This document shows, piece after piece, positions 9,496 through 17,235 of a DNA stretch of 64,000 nucleotides. Each line of letters begins with the position of its first letter. Position 1 is the stretch's first letter. Below the pieces are notes generated by a model. It was not told the DNA's origin. It did no database searches and saw only the letters and a program-made list of their open reading frames with translations. Source of the DNA: Bacteroidales bacterium UBA1195 (GTDB lineage Bacteria > Bacteroidota > Bacteroidia > Bacteroidales > WCHB1-69); NCBI GenBank assembly GCA_002309855.1, contig DBYD01000035.1, positions 9,054-73,053 on the forward strand. Reading direction: 5' to 3'. The position numbers were made by a program, and so were the translations under genes.

Positions 9496-10553
9496 TGCGG
9501 ATTATAGTTGTGCGACCTTTAGAGAGAGGTTTGTATAATCGATTTATTGGCGAAGCTCATGAACCACACAAAAAAGACTGGATTCATCTTTTGAACATAT
9601 TGGAGTTTAAAGGGAAATATGAAAACATAGTAAATCTTTTACATTCCATGCCTGTTTGTCTTCGTGAATCAAAATCTTTGGCAGACCGTGATGAAAACCG
9701 TGATAAAGACAGCATTATAGATCTGTTGGGAGCATATTGTCCCAATCAAAACTATGACAATCCTCACATTGAATTGTATTTGACCGATATTGATGTTTCG
9801 ACCAAAAACAATGAGGAACATTTCAAATGGCTTTTTACCAAAGTGCTTTTTCACGAATTGGCTCACGCTGCTTTGGATATTTATATGTTGAATCGTAATC
9901 GTCAAGAGGCAGAAAGAGTTTCTTATAAAACAGAATTTGACCGGTGGCGTGAAGAGTCAATGGCGAATGCCGTCGCACTCCGGATAATAAAAGATTTTGG
10001 TAACAAAGATTTCTATGATTATGCCAAAAATTATATGCAAACACAACCAAAAGAGTATGCACTCGGCGTTTTGATGGAAGACTTTGGTTATTGGGATTTC
10101 AGAAGCGTTTTTCAAGCAAAGGAAGATGGAGTAAATTCCACCCTACAACAGGAATGGCTGAAGTATGTTAAAGGCACTCCTGACTGGGAGGGGATGAAAA
10201 AATGGAATGAATTATTGAATACTCAGTATGTCTATATCTTTGAAGGAAAATATTATTCATCGGAAGAAGTATTGGTATTCGACATTGTAAACAAGGTGCT
10301 TTCTGACTATGTGAACAAAAATGGAAATAAAATGCCATTTAACACATTTAGTTCACTTTTCCCATATATCAGAACTGGTGCAGAGATGTCATACGAACCG
10401 ACACAAAAGGTCATAGGAGATAGCCGATATAAAGAGTTAAGATTAGTTGATGGCAATTATTCCTTGTATTATTTCTGGGACAATGGTTCTCTACATGCGT
10501 TTGTGGATGCTAAAAAACTCCATATCAATATAATTGAATACAAGAATTACTAA
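9459..10553 (+). CDS. Hypothetical protein with an HExxH metallopeptidase-like core (ImmA/IrrE- or SprT-like) and an unknown C-terminal domain
   Basis: It has LFHELAHAALD with a downstream EESMANAVAL, which fits an HExxH plus distal Glu arrangement. GC is about 35 percent. The start is uncertain because the next in-frame ATG is at 9648. A strong terminator follows the ORF. Confidence 0.4.
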   Translation: MYISFEINVHFVLRIIVVRPLERGLYNRFIGEAHEPHKKDWIHLLNILEFKGKYENIVNLLHSMPVCLRESKSLADRDENRDKDSIIDLLGAYCPNQNYDNPHIELYLTDIDVSTKNNEEHFKWLFTKVLFHELAHAALDIYMLNRNRQEAERVSYKTEFDRWREESMANAVALRIIKDFGNKDFYDYAKNYMQTQPKEYALGVLMEDFGYWDFRSVFQAKEDGVNSTLQQEWLKYVKGTPDWEGMKKWNELLNTQYVYIFEGKYYSSEEVLVFDIVNKVLSDYVNKNGNKMPFNTFSSLFPYIRTGAEMSYEPTQKVIGDSRYKELRLVDGNYSLYYFWDNGSLHAFVDAKKLHINIIEYKNY

Positions 10554-10606
10554 AAATCCTCATCCTTGTGGCCTATGCCGTAGCCAAGGCCAAGCAGTAA
10601 ACGTAA

Positions 10607-10644
10607 GGGACATTCTGCAACAGGCAGGGTGTCCCCTTTTTTTT
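10607..10644 (+). terminator. Rho-independent terminator
   Basis: The stem is GGGACATTCTGC / GCAGGGTGTCCC (12 bp including 2 G-U pairs) with a 5-nt loop. It is followed by C and then T8. Confidence 0.75.
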
Positions 10645-10899
10645 GCCCCCCGTAAAAAATACCTTTTTGCCGACATGATATCCGGGCGGGACGGAATGTC
10701 CAAAGCTGGAACCGGATTTCCACAGCTCTGAAAAAGGACACTAAAAATCACTGAATAAAATTTACTTTTAGTACAACTTTAAAAAAAAAGTATTCTGAAG
10801 GTGAAAAAAGGTTGTTTTTTGGTTAATTTTTGTGAGAAATCTGTTATATATGATTGCAATCAAAAACCAAAACATCAACTTTTTTCAAATCCAAATACA

Positions 10900-12540
10900 A
10901 TGCCTGTAACCAACCAACAAATCACCTTATTAGCCGCCATCGAGCGTGTCGCCACAAATGCCAAAGCATCGGAACTGGACGATCGGTTCTTCACAACGTG
11001 CAAGGAGGAACTGTCATATCTTGCCAACAGCTATGGAATCACCCCGTTGCAGGCCGCGCTCTTCTGTGTCTGCATGGAAAAGGGTCCGAATTACATTTAT
11101 TTCCACGATTTGGCATCCTATCTCAATCTCAACACTATTCGTATTCTTAGCTATGGTACCGACATCGACGCCCTTGTCCACCGCCGCCTGCTGCGCTACT
11201 GCGATACGAAAGACGAAGGCTCTATTGATGTGCCAGCTAAAGTCATCAAGGCCCTCAAACACAATGAGGTGTACCAGCTACCCAAACACACTGATTTGGA
11301 CGCCTGTGGTATGATGGAGTATATGAACATGTGGTTTGAAGACCTCCACGACGATGCCGTTTCCGCACGTGAGCTGCGCGAAGAGATGAAAGCCATGATT
11401 AATGATAACCCACAAGTCGGTCTCGCGCAGAAAGTCAAAACCCTCGACCTCAATGACGAAGACGTGCTGCTGCTGCTTTTCTTCTGCCACGAACTCATCA
11501 ATGACAATGATGACGACATTCGTTTCCATCGGCTCGAAGACCTCTTTGACAACATAATTGTCTTCAACCACGCCAAAAACCTCTTGCAACGTGGTGACCA
11601 TCCTCTTATGCAAAAAAAGCTGATTGAGCATCAATGCGTCAACGGCCTTGCCGACAACACCTGTTACAAGCTCACCGAACTGGCCAAGCGCGACCTGCTC
11701 GGCGAATTCAATATCAACATCGCCGATGAAAAGCTTGCCGATGTGCTGCTGTCTGACAGCATCACCGCCAAAGAACTCTTCTACAGCGAAAGTGTCAGCC
11801 GTCAGGTTGACGAATTGTCCGCGTTGTTGGACGCAGGGCAATACAAGCAAATTCGCGAGCGGATGAAACAGCGGGGGTTCCGTCAGGGATTCACCTGCCT
11901 TTTCCATGGCGGTCCCGGAACGGGAAAGACCGAGACTGTGTACCAACTGGCACGCCGCACGGGCCGTCAGGTGATGGTGGTTGATGTGCCGCAGATCAAG
12001 AGCAAATGGGTCGGCGAAAGCGAGAAGAACATCAAGGCGCTCTTTGACCGCTACCGTGCGCTGGTGGAGAAATCAGATGTGGCGCCCATTCTGCTTTTCA
12101 ACGAGGCTGACGCCATTATCGGCATCCGCAAGCAGGGGGCGGAAGATGCCGTTGACAAAATGGAGAACACCATCCAGAACATTATTCTGCAGGAGATGGA
12201 AAATCTTGACGGTATCCTTATCGCCACCACCAATCTGACTGAGAACCTTGACAGTGCCTTTGAGCGCCGCTTCCTCTACAAGATACGTTTTGACAAGCCT
12301 GATGCCACAGTGCGCAGCAAAATATGGCAGACAAAGATACCCGAATTGTCCGCGATGGATGCCGACACCATTGCCGGACGTTACAGTTTCAGTGGAGGCC
12401 AGATAGAGAATATTGCCCGGAAGTATACTGTCTTCAGCATCCTCCACGGTGAAACCGGATGCCCGCAAAGTGCCATTATAGAACTCTGTAACAACGAAAA
12501 AATAGCTGCAAATAATTCAAGAAAAATTGGTTTTTTATGA
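10900..12540 (+). CDS. Classic-clade AAA+ ATPase (CDC48/SpoVK/FtsH-like module) with a long N-terminal helical/wHTH-like region
   Basis: Walker A is GGPGTGKTE, Walker B is ILLFNEADAI, and sensor/second region of homology is ATTNLTENLDSAFERRF. The preferred start is ATG 10900 (MPVTNQQ). The ORF track starts at GTG 10801. Confidence 0.8.
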   Translation: MPVTNQQITLLAAIERVATNAKASELDDRFFTTCKEELSYLANSYGITPLQAALFCVCMEKGPNYIYFHDLASYLNLNTIRILSYGTDIDALVHRRLLRYCDTKDEGSIDVPAKVIKALKHNEVYQLPKHTDLDACGMMEYMNMWFEDLHDDAVSARELREEMKAMINDNPQVGLAQKVKTLDLNDEDVLLLLFFCHELINDNDDDIRFHRLEDLFDNIIVFNHAKNLLQRGDHPLMQKKLIEHQCVNGLADNTCYKLTELAKRDLLGEFNINIADEKLADVLLSDSITAKELFYSESVSRQVDELSALLDAGQYKQIRERMKQRGFRQGFTCLFHGGPGTGKTETVYQLARRTGRQVMVVDVPQIKSKWVGESEKNIKALFDRYRALVEKSDVAPILLFNEADAIIGIRKQGAEDAVDKMENTIQNIILQEMENLDGILIATTNLTENLDSAFERRFLYKIRFDKPDATVRSKIWQTKIPELSAMDADTIAGRYSFSGGQIENIARKYTVFSILHGETGCPQSAIIELCNNEKIAANNSRKIGFL

Positions 12541-12568
12541 TTCCCAAATTCAAATAAATTCAGAATTC

Positions 12569-13252
12569 ATGAAAGAACAGAAAGATTTTTCATTTTTACC
12601 ATTTGAAGATTACTCGAATTCACTGCTTTGTAAGTATTCAAAATCTTATAAAGCAAAAGTTTATGAATACACAAATTGCAGCAATCATAACTTGATTGTT
12701 GAGGGCTCCTTTAATAGATTATTGTCTCAAATGAAAGAAAAAGACTTTGCTATACTTACTGCATATAGAAGTACGTTGACGAAAAAAGAAAACATCATGC
12801 GAAATCGTAATCTTCGTGGTATTTTAAATGCTGATGAAATGGGAGTTCACCAATTGGTCGGTCATTGGAGGGAAAACCCTAATGGCAGTGATTATAGGGA
12901 TGCCGAAGAAAATGAATTGGTAGATGCTGTTGAACGTTCATACTTTGTCGCCAAACCGGATTCGATGCCATTTGAAAAATTTAAGGGATGTATCTTAAAA
13001 TGTCTCACAATGGATGGGCAAACACAAGATCCGGCAATTATTAGTAAAGGTGGTGATATTTATTGTTTGCATAATACAGGCAGTTTAGAAAAAATTGCAA
13101 AAAAAATATCATTAAACAAAATAAATCAAGCATATTCCCAATATATAAAACATTTGGACATACCATTTGTGTTTGAAGGGGTTGAAAGACCCGGTTCAAA
13201 TATGGGTTTGTTTGCGTATGAAAAGAATGGTTTTAAAACCGTTACACTATAA
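12569..13252 (+). CDS. Hypothetical protein (228 aa), partner of the AAA+ ATPase
   Basis: ATG 12569 lies 28 nt after the ATPase stop on the same strand, and GC is low. I recognise no domain. The notable block is DFAILTAYRSTLTKKENIMRNRNLRGIL...VGHWRE...VERSYFV. Confidence 0.35.
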   Translation: MKEQKDFSFLPFEDYSNSLLCKYSKSYKAKVYEYTNCSNHNLIVEGSFNRLLSQMKEKDFAILTAYRSTLTKKENIMRNRNLRGILNADEMGVHQLVGHWRENPNGSDYRDAEENELVDAVERSYFVAKPDSMPFEKFKGCILKCLTMDGQTQDPAIISKGGDIYCLHNTGSLEKIAKKISLNKINQAYSQYIKHLDIPFVFEGVERPGSNMGLFAYEKNGFKTVTL

Positions 13253-13356
13253 AATTCCGAAGATACCAGTACGGACGGTCAGGGACGTGGCATAAATATG
13301 GACGGTACACAATATATTCAGAATAATTAAGTTATAACATTAAAAATCTTTGAAAT

Positions 13357-13782
13357 ATGAGATATATAAGGACAATTCAAGAAATGATTGATGAGCAGGT
13401 ATCTGAAACTATTAGCCGTATCGATCCGATAACAGAAATGGCAGTGCCGTTGAATAAATACAAAGTACGTGTCGATGGATTAAGATTTCATCTTGTCAGG
13501 AACTGGTGCCTATGCAGATATTGCCAGTTGTTTGATACGATGAACATATGTTTCAAGCATTGGATAAATGAATTGGAAGCGGTCATTGAAAAGTTCCTCC
13601 GCCTCCATCTCCATCCGCGAGAAGGCGAACCATTTCTTTCCGAGGTCTTTCAGCGAGGCACCGATGTGATAGACGGAAGAGCAAATTTTTTTTTTTCGTC
13701 CACGCGGAATCTGTGTCGGGATTTTGAATACTTTTGCAGTGTCATAACCGATAATTTGAAACTACTGATACGGCTTGTGTGA
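13357..13782 (+). CDS. Hypothetical small protein, probably chimeric: an AT-rich 5' two-thirds reads through a GC-rich patch containing a T11 tract
   Basis: The ORF is real up to about 13595. The remaining 3' third overlaps the repeat copy at 13595-13636 and an unstarted minus-strand reading frame (..VYHIGASLKDLGKKWFAFSRMEMEAEE..). Confidence 0.3.
   Translation: MRYIRTIQEMIDEQVSETISRIDPITEMAVPLNKYKVRVDGLRFHLVRNWCLCRYCQLFDTMNICFKHWINELEAVIEKFLRLHLHPREGEPFLSEVFQRGTDVIDGRANFFFSSTRNLCRDFEYFCSVITDNLKLLIRLV
13595..13636. repeat. Copy A of an approximately 42-bp imperfect direct repeat (38/42 identical to 14365-14406)
   Basis: The sequence is TCCTCCGCCTCCATCTCCATCCGCGAGAAGGCGAACCATTTC, aligned by eye with copy B. 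Confidence 0.85.
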
Positions 13783-13831
13783 AAACAGTTTGAAGATTTG
13801 GTGTGATTAAATGGAATAAAAAGTCAATGCA

Positions 13832-14029
13832 ATGGGAAAACAATATAAAAAAGAAAAAAACAAGGTGATTGTGGTTTCGGAGCCGGAACCTGCTTATGGT
13901 TTGGCAAAGGGCTGCCAGGTTCCTGTTACAGATTTGTCTGAAGAGGAGTTGCTGTCAGGCACAATGTCGGTTGACGCCTATTTTGATGAATTGATTTCAT
14001 TGGTGCGTAAGGACTATGAAAATCTATGA
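13832..14029 (+). CDS. Putative type II antitoxin (65 aa)
   Basis: This small ORF overlaps the downstream ParE/RelE-like toxin gene by 14 nt and has an acidic C-terminal half. Confidence 0.5.
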   Translation: MGKQYKKEKNKVIVVSEPEPAYGLAKGCQVPVTDLSEEELLSGTMSVDAYFDELISLVRKDYENL

Positions 14030-14324
14030 AGTAAGAATCAGCCGCTCTGCACGGACTGATATGGACAATTTGCGGGTCTTTCTGGACGAGATGTTGTCGG
14101 AGGAGAGGGCTATACGCTATGCCAACAACATGCGGTCTGAAATCAAAATGTTGTCCATATATGCTGAATGTAACGGTTGCACAACATCCCGGACATTGCG
14201 CATGATTCATCCTAAAGCACGTAGAATGGTGTCTCACAACCGTCGTTGGATTTATGTTTACCATATTGAGGGAACATATGTGATTGTGGACAGGATTCTT
14301 CCTGCAAAGATGAATAAAGGTTAA
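14016..14324 (+). CDS. RelE/ParE-family type II toxin (102 aa)
   Basis: Size and pattern fit the family (MKIYEVRISRSARTDMDNL..., ...WIYVYHIEGTYVIVDRILP). It is translationally coupled to the upstream small ORF. Confidence 0.6.
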   Translation: MKIYEVRISRSARTDMDNLRVFLDEMLSEERAIRYANNMRSEIKMLSIYAECNGCTTSRTLRMIHPKARRMVSHNRRWIYVYHIEGTYVIVDRILPAKMNKG

Positions 14325-14364
14325 CCTTCCAATCTCTTAATCGGATTTGGTCATTTCCATCACC

Positions 14365-14406
14365 TCCTCCGTCCCCATCTCCATCCGTGAGAAGGCGAAG
14401 CATTTC
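14365..14406. repeat. Copy B of the approximately 42-bp imperfect direct repeat, 14 nt from the recF stop
   Basis: The sequence is TCCTCCGTCCCCATCTCCATCCGTGAGAAGGCGAAGCATTTC. It lies at the cargo/host junction. Confidence 0.85.
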
Positions 14407-14419
14407 AGTTATCGGCAAC

Positions 14420-15499
14420 TTATAACGCTATCTGCTGGCAGGGAATCCCGGTGGCCGTGCAGACCGATTCCAACCGTTGGGCATCAGTATCCGTCAGAAA
14501 GACCTGCCCGAACTGTTCGTCGGCAACCAGTTGTGTCAGACACCGGACACGGCGTTGGTCAAGCCTGTCAAAGACATCGTCCAGCAAAAGAAGAGGTTTT
14601 ACCTTCTTCATCTGCCTGATATATTCAAACTGCGCCAGCTTCAAAGCAATCAGGAATGTTTTGCGCTGCCCCTGCGAGCAATATCTCTTGACCGGATAAC
14701 CGTTGCAAAGAAACAGGAAATCATCCTTGTGTATGCCGCATGTGGTATGGCCGGAATAATAGTCCCGCTGGAGCGACTCCCGCAACCCGTCGGACATAGG
14801 CTGTTCGTCCAGGCTGCTCTCATAGAGAATCTCAGCCGTCTCCCCGTCATCGGCAATCTGACGGAAATAGCGCAGGAAAACCGGCAGGAACTGCTCCAGA
14901 AATGCCGCCCGCGCATCATGAAGCCGCACGCCAAACTGGGAGAGCCGCTCGTCCCAAACCTCGAAATCGGCAGGATTAAGCGATGACCGGTCATAAGCCT
15001 GCTTAAGCAGGGCATTACGTTGCATCAGCAGACGGTTGTACTGCACCAGCCCGTCCAGGTAAGCATGGTCCAACTGCGAGACCACACTGTCGAAATAGCG
15101 GCGACGGAGTTCACTGCCTCCTTGGATGTAATCCTGATCGTACGGGGAAATCATCACCGAAGGGAAACGCCCGATATGGTCGGACATCCGCTCATATTCC
15201 TTCTGATGGATTTTGAAAACCTTCCGGCTGTTCGCCTTCTGGATACAGGAGACCTTAGCCTCCGTCCCATCCTCATCAAAGAGCCCGTGCAGGGCGAAAA
15301 AACCGGCATCATGACGGATGTTCTGCTGGTCGGTGGCGGTGTAATAGCTTTTGCACATTGAGAGGTAATGCACCGCATCCAGCAGGTTGGTCTTCCCCAC
15401 CCCGTTCCTGCCGCTGATGGCGTTCAATCCCGGCGAGAAGGAGAAGAGGCCCTCCTCGTAATTCTTAAAGTTTATAAGCTGTATCTCCTTTAGATGCAT
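14420..15499 (-). CDS. recF: DNA replication and repair protein RecF
   Basis: The protein starts MHLKEIQLINFKNY and has Walker A GRNGVGKTNLLDA. It has an SMC-like signature (SQGQRKT) and Walker B LLLLDDVFDRLD. The preferred start is ATG at 15499, the 8th codon of the listed ORF. Confidence 0.9.
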   Translation of the reverse strand: MHLKEIQLINFKNYEEGLFSFSPGLNAISGRNGVGKTNLLDAVHYLSMCKSYYTATDQQNIRHDAGFFALHGLFDEDGTEAKVSCIQKANSRKVFKIHQKEYERMSDHIGRFPSVMISPYDQDYIQGGSELRRRYFDSVVSQLDHAYLDGLVQYNRLLMQRNALLKQAYDRSSLNPADFEVWDERLSQFGVRLHDARAAFLEQFLPVFLRYFRQIADDGETAEILYESSLDEQPMSDGLRESLQRDYYSGHTTCGIHKDDFLFLCNGYPVKRYCSQGQRKTFLIALKLAQFEYIRQMKKVKPLLLLDDVFDRLDQRRVRCLTQLVADEQFGQVFLTDTDAQRLESVCTATGIPCQQIAL

Positions 15500-15500
15500 C

Positions 15501-17213
15501 CTATTCTCCGCCGAAAACATATTTCACGCCCAACAGGCAGTTGAACCGTTCGGTATAGTATTGTGCATAACGCTGGTTGCGTCTTCCGAGCAGGTTGTTA
15601 AGTTCAGCAAAGAGACGCAGGCGGCGGTTCCAGATATATTCTGTGCTCAGGCTCCAGTCAAACCAGTCGGGCAGGGAAACCTTGCTCCGGCTCCCGTCCG
15701 CAGCATATTCCGGCGCAAACAGTCCACCCTTCCATACCCAGTCCATGCCGACACGTATCTTGCTTTTCCAAAGATAATCGGCCGACAATGAAATCACATA
15801 CTGCGGCTTATAGAAAAGCACCACCGTGTCGTCCGTGGAATAGGAGAAATAATCCAAATCTGCGGCAATCCGCAACGCCTCCTTGTAATGGTAGGCCGCA
15901 TCCAAATGCACATTGGTCAGCGAAGCCTTCGCATGGGCGATGCCGAATGTGTTGAGCAGCCTGAACTGCGTGGTGTCAAACATCACCACATTGGTAGTGT
16001 CCGGCAGATAGAAGGGCATTCCGGAATGCATTTCCATGCCAATCTGTGCTCCGAAAATCAGACTGTTGGAAAGATTGGTCCGAGTACCGAGGAACAGGCG
16101 GTACTGACGGTCAATCCCCAAATCGAGCGATGGCGCAAGGAATGGGTTCTCCACGGAGATCTTTCCAATAGCATCCCTAATCATGCCTCCCTCGGCTCCA
16201 GCATACACTGAAAGAATTTCAGGCACAATATCAAGATGGGCCCGCACATCCGGAAATACAGCAGCGGACACCTCAGAATTCTCCAGACCGACACCGACCG
16301 CCACGCCGAGGGACAGTTTCCACAAATCCTCCTCAAGCTGCACCTTCGGCACCGCACGGAAAATCCAAGTGTCGTACTGTCCGTGGGTGGTGTCCCAGTA
16401 ATTGTGGGCATATTCCATGTTAAGGTCTCCTACCAGCCGGAACATGTCCAGCCATGAAACTTTCCGCCGTTTGTCCAAAGTGACACCAGCCTGCACATCA
16501 TGTTCAAAAGAATGATAATTGTCATACAGCAGCGCATAGTCCACCGCATATTGCCGTTTCAGGCGGGTACTGTTTTTGGTGAAGGGGGTGTATGCCTTGA
16601 ACGAGGCATGGGCGCGATGGTAATGGCGTGCGATATCCTCCGCCTTTTGCGACCATCCAAACTGCTTTTCCAGGGAATCGGCGGGATAGCCATAGCAGTG
16701 ATAATGGTCAAAAGCGTAACCGGCCTCTTCACTGAAATGGAATTTTTCACGGTACTGCTGGCCATACAACCCGATGTTGTTTTCCCCATAAGAGGAGATG
16801 GCACATCCCTTCACCGGATTCAACGATGCATGGCTGTAGATATGAAGCCCGAAAGACTGCTTGGTGGAACGCAGCGTGTTGAAGTTGTACTCCAGCAACG
16901 GCTGCAGGTATCCCACCCCCGCCTTGATGTAATGCTGGTAAAGCCGTGCGATGGCATCCTTGCCCACACGGGGAGCCTTGATGGGTTCCGGCGTGAAATG
17001 GGTTGGCAGCGGACGTATCTGGAGGGGATACTCCATCTGCGGACGCGCCGCAACGGTATCCACGATTTTGGCCGGAAAACTGATTTTCTTCTGTGCGTCC
17101 TGGATGACCGGGCTGAATGCCGATTTCACCAGCACATCATATTGGGTCTGCCCCTGCAGGCCTGTCAACGTAAAGCCGCCAAAGAGCACAATTGCAAAAA
17201 TGGTCCTTTTCAT
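15501..17213 (-). CDS. Outer-membrane beta-barrel protein (putative porin)
   Basis: It has a signal peptide (MKRTIFAIVLFGGFTLTGLQG), alternating aromatic/Gly-rich beta-strand composition, and an aromatic-rich C-terminus. It lies in an operon with the TPR gene and recF. Confidence 0.5.
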   Translation of the reverse strand: MKRTIFAIVLFGGFTLTGLQGQTQYDVLVKSAFSPVIQDAQKKISFPAKIVDTVAARPQMEYPLQIRPLPTHFTPEPIKAPRVGKDAIARLYQHYIKAGVGYLQPLLEYNFNTLRSTKQSFGLHIYSHASLNPVKGCAISSYGENNIGLYGQQYREKFHFSEEAGYAFDHYHCYGYPADSLEKQFGWSQKAEDIARHYHRAHASFKAYTPFTKNSTRLKRQYAVDYALLYDNYHSFEHDVQAGVTLDKRRKVSWLDMFRLVGDLNMEYAHNYWDTTHGQYDTWIFRAVPKVQLEEDLWKLSLGVAVGVGLENSEVSAAVFPDVRAHLDIVPEILSVYAGAEGGMIRDAIGKISVENPFLAPSLDLGIDRQYRLFLGTRTNLSNSLIFGAQIGMEMHSGMPFYLPDTTNVVMFDTTQFRLLNTFGIAHAKASLTNVHLDAAYHYKEALRIAADLDYFSYSTDDTVVLFYKPQYVISLSADYLWKSKIRVGMDWVWKGGLFAPEYAADGSRSKVSLPDWFDWSLSTEYIWNRRLRLFAELNNLLGRRNQRYAQYYTERFNCLLGVKYVFGGE

Positions 17214-17235
17214 ATGGGAAACGCTTTTCATATTT

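Noticed and set aside
14212-14418. The minus-strand ORF (TTG start, MPITEMLRLLTDGDGDGGG...) as the DUF721 gene expected downstream of recF.
   Set aside because: Only the first ~8 residues vaguely fit. The rest is Gly/Asp low complexity derived from the repeat, followed by antisense of the ParE toxin gene. It has a non-ATG start.
13590-14420. A tRNA gene as the prophage integration target at the junction.
   Set aside because: No cloverleaf-compatible sequence or conserved T-loop (GTTCRANYC) was seen in the junction or repeat copies.
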